This document shows positions 36,301 through 48,300 of a DNA stretch of 64,000 bases, one piece after another. The translations under genes were made by a program, and so were the position numbers. The notes under the pieces were generated by a model. That model did not search any database. It saw only the letters and a program-made list of their open reading frames with translations, and was not told where the DNA came from. Position 1 is the stretch's first letter; each line of letters begins with the position of its first letter. Origin of the DNA: Iphione sp. A-MEVVRFRX5 (Eukaryota); contig OZ320314.1 in NCBI GenBank assembly GCA_976226885.1, forward strand, positions 55,800,001 to 55,864,000. Direction: 5' to 3'.

Positions 36301-39300
36301 AGAGGTCTTGACAACATAGAAGACTTGCCCAGCATAGATGTCTTGTACAGCACAGAAGGTCTTTTACAGCATAGTTGACTTGTATACAGGACAGATGGCT
36401 TGATCAGGACAGGGGTCTTGACACATAGAAATCAGGTAGAAACATTGCACACACTGTACCTCGCCGAAATCATGGCAAAACGGCGTCAGGTCGGCCGCTG
36501 GTTGTTCCTGTTAGCTCCTACAGACTTCTACACTTTACATCGCCGACATCGTGGCATAATGGCGTCGTTAATCCGCAGTTGGCTTCCTACCTCACCAGAG
36601 ATGTTTGAAACATGCTCTACATCGCCAGAATAGCGGCAAAATGCGTAGAAAAGGCCGTCAGGTTCCCTGGAGACTTCTCTCACCTCTACATCGCGAAAAT
36701 CGCGGCAAAATGTGTCTAAACGCATGGTAACTGTCTCTGCTAGCTCCTACCTCGTCAGAGATGCTCTCTAACTCGTCACAATCAGTCTAATGGCACCAAA
36801 ACACATGACAGTTGTCTCCTACCTCATCAGAGATGCTGTAATCACGCTGAAAATCAGTCAAAGAGCATAGAAACAACTGCCAGTAGTCTCTACCCTCAGT
36901 TGCACGTGGTAAAATCATCAAGATGGCGCCAAAACGCTCGTCGGTAGTCACTGCTGTCTTCTGCTCTCTCTCCCACAAAAAATAGACCATTTCTGGCCTT
37001 GAGTAGAATGTGATCCTTCAATCAGCATATCTTCTCTCTTCTGGAGCACTTTGGAGTTCATCCTCGTCACCAGTTGTTGTATATTTGGTAATTATTGTCA
37101 GAGGTGGTAAAGGAACAGTCTGGACTCCATTTTGGTGGTAAACAGGAAGCAGCTTTATTGCTGAAGATTACAGGAGAGCTCCAACGTTATCCGGGATACT
37201 ACAGTCACCCTGTGCTGCCTCTATCATCTGCATCTGTGACCTCCATATGCAGCTTTCGCTGCATGTATCTTCTCACTGACACTCATGTTCTCGCTCAGAT
37301 TCTTAGTCATTTTCTCACTCACACTCATGCTCCTTCACTCATACTCTCTAATGTGTTCTCCCTCACACTCATGTTCTCATTCATACTTGTGCTCTTTTCA
37401 TTTTCTCAGTGACAGTCATGCTCATGTTCTCACTCATACCCATATTCTCACATGCATAAGCTGCTATATGTTTTTACTCATACTCATACTCTCATTCATA
37501 CTTGTGCTCTCTTCATGTTTTCACTGATAGTCATGGTCTCACTCATACTCTCACATATGTTCCCACTGATAGTCATATTGTCACTCATGTTCTCACTGAT
37601 GTTCTTAATCATGCTTTCTTCATGTTCTCACTAACTCTCATGGTCTCACTCATACTCTCACTCATGTTTTCACTGATAGTCATGTTCTCATCCATACTCA
37701 TGTTCTTACTCATATTCTTAGTCATGTTCTCACTCACATTCATACTCTCGCATGCATACTGTGCTATATGTTCTCACTCACACTCATGTTCTCATTCATA
37801 CTTATGTTCTTGTCATGTTCTCACTGATAGTCATGCTCTCACTTATGTTCTCACTCACACTCATGTTCTCTCTCATATTCTTAGTCATGTTCTCACTCAC
37901 ACTCACTGTTTGAGAAAATATTACCTCCATATGCAGCGTTTGCTGCAGTGTAGCTGGTGTTACTTATGAAGCCAAACCTTTTCGGGTTTCTTTTACAGAT
38001 CCAAAGTAATTGAGGATTCTGAATGTACTGAACGGAAGGACGTACTAATACTTAAAGATAAGACCATTGTTGACTTAGAACATCTTGTGGCTACTGTCAA
38101 TGAAGAAAAGGAAATGACCAATGTCCAGCTGAGGTAAGGACATGTAGCTTGGGAGGGATCTTCCGTATTGATTAAAATTGGCTTTTGGGTTGTAACGTGT
38201 ACCTCCAGACCAAAAATTTTCTTTCATTCAAAGTTTATTTTATTCTATTTTATTCTTCAAAATATGCTTTTGCTTTTTAGAAGTATGTACATATAAGATA
38301 CATCAGTGACCTTTGAAAATATGCATATTTGTACGCACAGTTAGCCCATGCTACCGAACACTCATTATACAAATTTATCTCATATCCGAATGCATTTTTA
38401 AGGAACGATTTTGGTTAGTATCATTTATCTAAGTTTCCTTTATCCAAACACACCACCTTATTGAGCCAGTTTACAGGAAATGCACTTCGTTCAGTGTACA
38501 AATTTATCTCTCAACCGGACATAATCTTGCAATACAGTGAGCTTTCCACACAATATAGAATGACCCCCTATCTTAGTTTTCTCCTCAGTTGAACAATTTT
38601 CGTGAAATAAAGTTGGTTCAGATAGGCAGGTTTGACTGTGTATGTATTGCTGTGGTAACGGATGTGAGACCTGCTTCACAACGCACCTTTTCTTATTAGG
38701 ATGATGGAGTCTAGAGCCCAGTGTCTTGAGAATGACATAGAGATGTACAAAGATAGTCTGCATGCCAAGGATGAGACCATCGTCTCTCTTACAAGGCACA
38801 TTTTCGATCTGGAGGCAAGCCTAGGGAATACCACAACAGTTAATGCATCAACCAATACTACTCTTCAGAGGAAATTCGTCGACACTCAGGAGTTGGACAG
38901 ACTTAATGTAAGTACATGTACATGTATGTATATTCAGTATTTAGTGTGACGTGGCAAGGTTCCTTACTCATCGAGGTATATACATTCAGTGTACGCCCAG
39001 CAACCATAATGACAAAGAACACTATGCATGGAAAGTTTTCCATGTATATACACATGTATACAAATTTCATTGTGTGCATCACATTCCCAGTAATCAATTA
39101 GTTTCAATAATCAATAACAAGTTCTTAAAAAAAAGTACAGCCAAGCTATGGTATCCACACAGTCAGTATATGAAAATATCCGATTACCAAGTGCATAAAA
39201 ACCATAGAAATGAGACTTTGTATCTGAACACAATCAATTTGTAAATACAATTTCATGCAACAACAATCATTGGGATATCAATTCCTGACTGTGTATGCAT

Positions 39301-42300
39301 TGTCCTTTCGTGTTTTTGTTATCTTGTAGGTATGTGCCCCTTGCGTCAAACGAATATATGTGAAAGGCTTTTAGCCTCTATTTCATGTCTGTCTGAAAAT
39401 TAAGTATCACGTGATTACTTTTCAAGGATACCGTGGCTGCTTACAAGATGCAGAACCAGTTCCTCAATAAAGAGATCTTAGAGTTGAACAAACTTAGAGA
39501 GAACAATGAGGAGCGTGAACGGCAGTTGTTCATGTAAGTGGTCATAAATAGTGTATCATACCCGAATGAAGTTTCTTGAATGGAGAATATATGGCTCAAA
39601 TTATCATTTTCAGTGTACAGAGTCATTAATGTACCCATCCCACCATCCTCTTGCCTTGTTTTATTATTCTTTATTGTTTTCCGTCAGTATCTTCTTCATA
39701 TCTTCCAATTCTGCTGGCCTTTGTGAAAGTAGCTCTGCATATTTCTCAAATAGTTTTGTTTTATACACATGTCATGTCAAGCGGTAGCAACAGAGTGATG
39801 TTTTGTCATTTTGCACGATTGTTGCTCTGGAAATTTCCATTTTAAACAGTATTACCGCTTGTGTCCAGTAACGTTGGTATTTGTTATTAAGGGTATGTGG
39901 AATAGAATATATGCATGCATTTTTTCATCTATTGTTTAGGATAAATTATGTTTTAATGAGTAAAATACTTCTCGATAACAGTCAACAAATAAATGCATCA
40001 TTTATAGGCGATGCACAGAATGGGAAGCTAGATATCTGCAAGTACACAGTAAATATCTACTCTGTTTGGAACAACTTCAAACACCTCAAATGGGTAAGTA
40101 ATTCTTCTTTGTTGCTCAAGATTTGTTGTTTTCTCCCAAGTATTTCTGGCTAGTTAGGTTCGCTTAAATGCTGTATCAACTTTCCGTTTATTATTTACCA
40201 TTTTTAGTTAAAAATACCCTCTCCCTAACGCATGTATTATCATAAACGTCCATCGTAGGACGTTTTTCGAACTGAAACTTTGTACGGAAGCAAAGGGAAT
40301 AAGAAAAGTGATGCTTTTAGAGACTTGTACGTATTTATTTCAGTTAGATACCCATATTAAAATTTGAGATACATTAGCGGAACTGCAGGTGCGACGCATG
40401 TTTGATTAAGCATGTATAGCCTCAGTTCACTTTAATATTGATTGCAAACTACTGGGTGACGACCCCTTCTTTCATGGTGATCAGACATGCCATGCTTACT
40501 ACAACAGCTGTCACTGACTAGACCTGGCAGTTTTGTTCGGCTATTCAGTTATATGGAAATCCATTTTACCTCCTGACCTATCCAATGAACAGTACGTCCT
40601 GGAAGGACTTTTTTGCCACGGTGATTTTACAAACTTCTTAAAATACTAGTACTTCGGGAGCTTCTTCATATATGGACGGAAAACATATGGGACCATCAAC
40701 CGTATAGATACCTTCTTCAGTTTTTCAAAAAGGATATACTCATAGGAGTCGTTTACTGTGACACTGACAGACAAGTTCGTATATGGATAGCTTCACTAAA
40801 GTCATCGAATATTGCGAAGTTCAAGGTACATGCAGTGCGATTATATTATACATCGACTCAGTCAAGTCGCCTCTATGTCATTGTAGCCATTTATGGTGAA
40901 TATTCTTTTTTTGATGCTGCTCTGAATATGGAGAGGTCATTTGTAAGACTTCCTCCAGAGCATGATCCAGAAGTATCGAAACCAAGAGACCGTAATGGGC
41001 ATTCAGCGTGGGATCCCTACATGTGGAAGGAGCACACGTCCAAACTGGTGACTTCCATCAGACAACAGCTCGAGCAAAAAGTACAGATAATTAAAAATAG
41101 TATAGAACAAAAGTGTCGAATAGTCGTCTCCACATTGTCACACTCAGAGGTTTCAGAATTAAATGACTGTTTAGAAGAGAGTGTATACATTTTAGTTGAA
41201 CTCTCAAATCGCAATGGAAGAAAACAACCAACGGCTACCCTTACTTATGTAGACCGTTCTTCAGGTCATCACCTTACGTTTATTGAAGTCATGCTAACAC
41301 CTAATGGATTGCCACCATGTCGCAATGGAAACTGTTGCCCACAAGTCGCACATAGGCCTTCACCTGAACTGTACTCCATGGAGCCAAGGAAGGAGAGAAT
41401 CAAGGATGATCTGAAACAAAGGAGACTAATGGGGAAAGGCATCCTTGCTGTCGATATCTTCTGCCAGTTTCTCTTCATACAGGTGGCACTGTATACGAAT
41501 AGCACACCGAGTTTGATATGCAACTCCAGCCACATTGTTGGGCGGGCTGTGTCTGTGGGGGACACTGCTCGTTACATCATGAGTGCAGACTTAAGTAGCA
41601 TGGAGTTTGATGTAGTCAAAGGTAAAAAGGCCTACTGGGGGGTAAATATTTTATGACTTTATGTATATCATTCAAGGTCTCATACTATCTCTAATGAGTC
41701 TCACCCGTGCTTTCACTTTGAATACATGTACTTCCTTCTAGCCTTTATTACAAGATCACCTATAAGCAGCCTTCGTTTAGTTTTCTGGCATGTCACAAGA
41801 GTTCATGGGGGATCGGGTCGAACTATGAAGGGCAGGGGAAAGAAAGGGAATTAGCCCGTCAGATCCAGAGCATATCAAGAAAACGATCTTATATTACCCA
41901 AGAAAGTCTGCAGGTGGCTGGAAGAGAGAGACATGGGGCATGAATGGTCAGTATATGTGGTTGTGTATTATATGATACACAGCACACACAACGCAGACAG
42001 AAGAGTACAGTGTAACGCACACAGTATACACAGTGCACACTGAATGGGATGGTGCAAGACACATTTTACACACACGCACACTTATTTTAACAAACACAAA
42101 AACATGCAGAGATGGAAAATCAAATGAGACCCCCTCCTCTTCTTCCCTCCGGCTCAACCACTTCTCTTTGCCCTTCGTGAATGAGATGTATGTACACAGT
42201 TTTAACAAGAAGCTAGAGAGAGAGAGACAGATAGACAGAGAGCGTAGTTTTGAACTACAGTAGTTTTATGAGGTATCATAGCAGACCAAGCTAGGGACTG

Positions 42301-45300
42301 TATGATTGTGGTCTCTCCCACAGTTTGGTCTTGGAGAGACACTTACACACATCTATAGAGACAGACAGACAAACAGACAGGAGGGAAGCAGGGAGAGGGG
42401 TAGGAAGTGGTACATGTACTGTTTCCTTGGTTCTGTTCAACTACTGATAAAAAGGATTATTCCTGTTATGACATCATCACTGGGATTCCTTTTGCATATC
42501 CCTACACCTTACTGAAGAAGCTATCCAGTTTGTTACTGTCTTTACAGAAACAGCTAATCATCAATACAACATCCATAGAACTTGTCTCATTTTCCAACAT
42601 TTGTACTGAATATATTACTAAATTTAAAGAATTACTGACTTTGCTCAAACTGCAGTTGCATGAGATTTTCTTCTCTGAGGGCCTAGACCCACGTTTGGGC
42701 AAGAATCTTTATAGATACTGTAAAGATATGGCTAAAATGCCTTCTGTCAAGCTACCTTGAAAAAGGAAGTTAAATACTTCTTTCTGACTGGTGTTGCCAT
42801 GCATGTTAGGATTGTGTAATATCGTGATATTTATTATGTGTTGTTTAAGGATGTTTGCAGGTAGGCTTGGTGCCCAGAGTATCATTGAACTGTCACTCTA
42901 TAATGTTTGCCACTGAGTTGTGTATTGCCACGGTATTGCTACATCGTGGGGGAGGCATTCCCCAGTATTTCCAGTATTGCCCTGGTATGTTTGGGGGGCA
43001 GAGGGGTATAAATAGACCTGAGTTGTTGTGTCAGTTGCTTGTTAACCTTCATGGAATAAACATCAAAACCGGATTTACTCATGGACCTTATTTATTCATC
43101 AATGCTTAGGCAGAGTACATATAACATTGGTGGCAGCAATGGGTGAACCTTCTGCTAAGCGTTATATTACCGTCGACTTTGTTGAGGAAACCATGGCAAC
43201 CACTCCACAGACCTGAGGTGCAGGGGCGCGCAGAGTCGACAACACACCCAGGGAGGGACTGGGTGGTGCGGACGCCCTGGGCAAGGAGGGTGCAGAAGTC
43301 CCTTTGACCCCGGTGACAAACCCCCGCAGTGGTCGCCTGCCACAGCGTTCCTCAGGCAATGCGGATGACAGCACGGACAAATCCTCAAGCAGGGAGTCAG
43401 AGGGAGAAGACTCTGAAGGCTACAGCTCCGCACTCCTCCCGACTGCAGAGGAGGATGAGGAACTGTGGAGTGAAGCAACACAGTTGGCTGTGGTTTTCAA
43501 GCAGTTGACCCACAAGCAATCTACCTATGTCAGAGACATATGATGGCAGTACTGCATGGGTGGACTAAGAACATCATTTTGCACTGGCAGCCAGGGCTAA
43601 TGGGTGGACAACCTAGGAGAAGGCGGTGCCATTGGCTGTGAGTCTGCGGGGTTTGGCCTGGCTAGTGATAAGGAATGCAGGCATTCAGGTGACTGCTCCA
43701 GAGGATTACAAGTGTCTTTTGAAAGCCCTGTGGCAGAGGTTTTAGCCTGCAGACCAGGTGTTGCTGGTTAGGAGCCAGCTGATGAACAGGCATCAGAAAC
43801 CCCAGTAGGACTTGAACATTCTTGCGGAAGACATTGTGCAGTTGGTGTGCCAAGCTTACCCGGAGGCCACCAGGAAATGGAGGGACCAGCTGTGCCACAA
43901 TGCCTTCCTGCATGCATTAGGCAATGAGAAGCTTCAGAAGTGGTGATCCATGGCAGATACCACCACCTTTCAAGGGGCCCTCTCCCAGGCTTTGAAGGGG
44001 GTTGCGTACTACAAGGGCAAGCAGGAGCGCTCCAATCCGAAGAAGATGCACGCATTGGGGTAGTCCCCCATGGGAGAAGAACGGAGCATGGTGGCGGTAG
44101 TAACTGTTGGAGCCAGAGAAACTTCAGCTCAGGACAGTCATGTGGATGAGCTGGTACAGAAGGTCTTAGACCAGTTGGCAGCCCGGTCCAAGAGGCGGAG
44201 GGAGAAGAAGGAGTCTACTCCCTGCTTCCATTACCACCAGGAGGGGCACTTCTGGCAGGAGTGTCCCCAACTACAGAATGCTGAGGCAGGAAATGTGAGC
44301 CCGCCCACTCATCCCCTACTGAGCGGGTGGGCTTAAACAGTTGGGACCCCTGGAGGAGGCCACGGTGGACAAGGAAGTTCCGGGGTGCTTCTACGAGTTG
44401 TCAGGATGGATGGACCTGGGTGCTAAGGCCCTGGTCCTCCCCAGCACTAGTAGAGGAGTATCCATTGAGTGGCTGGTGGACACGGGAGCGACTGTCTCTC
44501 TCCTCTCTGGATGGAAGACCGAGGAGCTTAGATTGGACAGCTTGGCATACATGACGGGAAGTCTGTTGTGTGCCGACGGAATGCCGGTGCCCCTGAGGGG
44601 GGCGATCAACTTGTCAGTAGACATCGGGGAGGTCACACTGGTGGTATGCACGGTGGTGGCTGATATTGAGCTGCAGGGCATCTTGGGCATGGACATCCTC
44701 AACTGGTGGAGAGCAGAAGTGAACACGGCAGGTGGAACCATACAGATCAAGGCCCTGGTGGTGGAGCATCCACCAGAGCGACAGTGATGGTTGGTGGCAA
44801 TTCAGGATACGAAGGTGCAAAGACGGTCTACAAGCAAGGTGTTAGTTGGCATCAAGGGACCTCATGATGATTGGGAGCAGCTCCTGGTTGATGGATGGCC
44901 AGAATTTGAGGCAAGGATGGGAGTGTGAGTGGCTCGCACCCTGATACAGATGGATGACGTCCAGTGGGCACCAGAGGTGTTAATTGCCAGGTGTACTGAT
45001 GTGGTCATCTTCAAGGATTCGCTGATGGCATTAGGGGAGGAGGTGGTAGTGGCAGACCACCTGGCGACGATACACTCCCCAGGGCCGGTCAAGGGTGGGG
45101 ACACTAGAGGAGCTCATGGAGAGACTCCCAGAGGGGTTGGACCCCGCAGAGTGTGAGGAGGTAATGAGGATGCTGGAGCGACACTGAGGTGTATTCCTAG
45201 TTATTGAGTCCGACTTGGGGCAGACTGATGCAGTGCAGCATCGCGTTGATACTCAGGATTGTATTCCCATCAAGCAGAGGGTGCGGAAACTCCCCCTCCA

Positions 45301-48300
45301 CAAGAGACAGCTGGTACAGCAGGAGGTGGAGAAGATGGTTGAACAAGGGGTGGTGGAGGCATTCCACAACCTGTGGGCATCTCCGGTGGTGCTGGTCAAG
45401 AAGAAGGATGGACAGTGGCATTTCTGTGTGGATTACCAGAAACTTAACCGTTGCACCAAGAAAGACGCGTACCCCTTACCCCGGATCGACGATACCCTGG
45501 AATCGCTGCATGGAGCATGATATTGCTAAACATTGGATTTGGCTGTGGGGTATTGGCAAGTACGGTTGGCAGACAGCAACCAGGAGAAGACCGCGATATG
45601 CACGCTGGATGGGCTGTTTCATTTCACAGTGATGCCGTTCGGGCTCTGTAATGGCCCTTCCATCTTTGAGCACCTGATGGAAATAGTCCTGAAGGGGTTA
45701 CTTGGAGCTTTTTGTCTGGTGTACCTGGACGATGTGATAGTGATGGGAAGCTCGTTAAGCCATCTAAATGCCACCTGTTCTAGAGGCAGGTGCAGTACCT
45801 GGGACATGTGGTGTCGGAGAAGGTACAGGTGGAACAGAAGTGGAAGCCCCTGAGATGTGTCCAGGAAGTATGGAGTTTTTTGGGGCTGGCGTTGTACTAC
45901 AGGAGTTTCATCAAGGACTTTGCATCCATGGCAGAGCCACTCCATGGACTACTGAAGAAAGGGGTAGAATTTGAGTGGACTGAGGAGTGCCAGGATGCAT
46001 TTATGAGGTTGCGGGATGGTTGGTCACTGCCCCAGTTCTGACCTTCCCTAATCCTACGTGAAAGATGATCATCGGTGCAGATGCCTCAAACACTGGACTG
46101 GGGGCAGTCTTGTCCCAGGAGGAAGAAGGATGGAAGCTGGTACTGATGCTCGCCAGTCATAGCCTTACCAAGCCAGAGCGGACCTACCGTGTCACTCGGA
46201 AAGAGTTGTTGGTGGTGCTGTTCACACTTCAGAAGTTTCGGAAGTATCTGGGCAAGGGCCGAGTGTTGGTCAGGTCGGACCACAGATTGTTGCAATGGCT
46301 CATGAACTTCAAAGAGCTAGAAGGACAGTTGGCACGGTGGCTGGAGGAGGTGTTCTGCTATGATTTCCAGATCCAGCAGTGGCCTGGGAGGCAGCATGGT
46401 AATACGGGTGGGCTCTCCTGGCAGGAGTGCTCCCAGTGCGGATGGAATGAGTTCAGAGTGGCCTTGTTGTGGTTACTCCCCATTGCTGACTCAGAGATAA
46501 TGCAAGCTCAGTCGGAGGACGTGGTCCTCACCCTGGCTAAAGAAGAGAAGGAAGCAGGAGACCCTCCCCCCACCTTTGGGGTGGCAACGATGGACTCACG
46601 TAAGCTGCTAGAGGAATGGGATAGGCTAGAAGTCGCTGAGGGGCTGCTGTGTCAGCGCTTGACCACAGAGTGCAGTTCCAGCCTCTGGCAGGTGTTCGTG
46701 GACCAGCACGCATGGGGGTGTCCTGGGAGGAAACCTCAGACTGGCCAAGATGGTAGGAGTGCTATGGTGGCATTATTTCTGGCCGGGGACGATGCGGGAT
46801 GTGTCACTTTGGTCGCAGGCCTGCACAGAGTGTCAAGAGAGGAAGTTGCTGGCCCAGACAAGGCACGCGAGTCTGCAACAGAGGGTTGCCTCCCGGCTGT
46901 GGGAGTGGCGGTAGACATCCTGGGTCCACTCCCGGAGACAAGTCAGGGGAACCGATATGTTCTCATCTTGGCAGATCACTTCTCCAAGTGGACGGAGGCT
47001 TGCCCTCTCCAAGAGGTGATGGCAGAGGCTACTGCAGAAATACTGGTAAGAGAGGTTATTTGCCAGTATGGGCCACCGCAATGTATCCACTCGGACCAGG
47101 GGAGGAATTTTGAGGCGGCTTTGTTGAAGGAAGTGTTGGAGTGATGTGGGGTGGAGAAGACAAGGACCACCCCTTACCATCCCCAGGCGGACGGGGTGCT
47201 CGAACGGTTCAACTGTACACTGCTACAGATGCTAGTGATGACGGCCAGGGAGGACCAATCAGACAGGGACTATCAGCTCCCCTTTGTCATGTCTGTGTAT
47301 CAGGTGACAGTACATGCAAGCACAGGGTTGACTCCCAACCTGGTCATGTTGGGGCGAGAGGTGGCTCTCCATGTGGAAATGATGTACGGAGGTCCCCCAG
47401 CATAGGCAGCTACGACGTCCGGTGTGGAGTACCTGGCAGAATTGCAGAAGCGGATGGAGGGTGCAGAGCAGATGAAGAGGAATTATGACAGCCAAGTGAA
47501 GGATCAGAGCTATGCCCCAGAGGATAGGGTGTGGATGTTGCACCCCGTCAAGCAGAAATGCAAGTTGTCCAAGCTGCAAAGGTTCTGGACTGGTCCATGG
47601 ATGGTCCAGCTGAAGCTTTGCAAGGTAGTATATGAGATTGTGCAAGGGCAGCAAAGAAGAGTGGTTCATGCCGACTTGTTGAAGCCAGCCACGCTGGTGG
47701 AAGCAGAAGAGGAGTCATCGATGGAAGTGGGTGCGCAGATATCCTATGATTGCAGAGTGTACCACTTATGCATGCTGGAAAGTGGCAGGGAGTCTGCAGT
47801 ACACCAATGGTTATGACTGCAGAGGGCCATGTTTGAAATTCGGAAGGAAGCAGATCATCCAATCAGTGGTCTCCGCGATCATCCGATGATGGCACCCACC
47901 ATGACCATTAACTCCACAGTCGGGTGGAACCAATCGAATGCGTGGAGGATGCGCGTTGCTCGGCAATGGGTCAACAGGTCCTGGGTGGCGCAGATCTATA
48001 AAAAACAGGCATTGCCCCAGAGTGGGGCATTCACTGCCACGATGTCGACTGAGAAGGACAAGCCCTACAAGTGCCACATCTGCAAGGCAAAGGTGCTTAT
48101 GTGAACTGGCATAGGCACCGGTCCCTTCATGAAGAGTATGGAGAGGGATGACATTGTCCCTTCCCAGAGGAATGTGGGGGACAAGTGTTCAAGGGCTTCA
48201 GGAAGTGGGACACGATCAGGCATGTCAAGGCCAAGCATCTGAAGGTGACTGAGTTTGAGGATCCAGGGCTGGAATTCCTGGAGTTCATCCGGCAGTTCCC

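Noticed and set aside
37095-37969. His/Leu/Thr-rich ORFs of 60-155 aa
   Set aside because: By-products of the low-complexity repeat and LTR; no splice or homology support.
41530-41560. IVGRAV motif reminiscent of Cu/Zn superoxide dismutase; weak STING- and SPRY-like patches in the same ORF
   Set aside because: The metal-binding histidines and motif spacing do not match; the similarities are too short.
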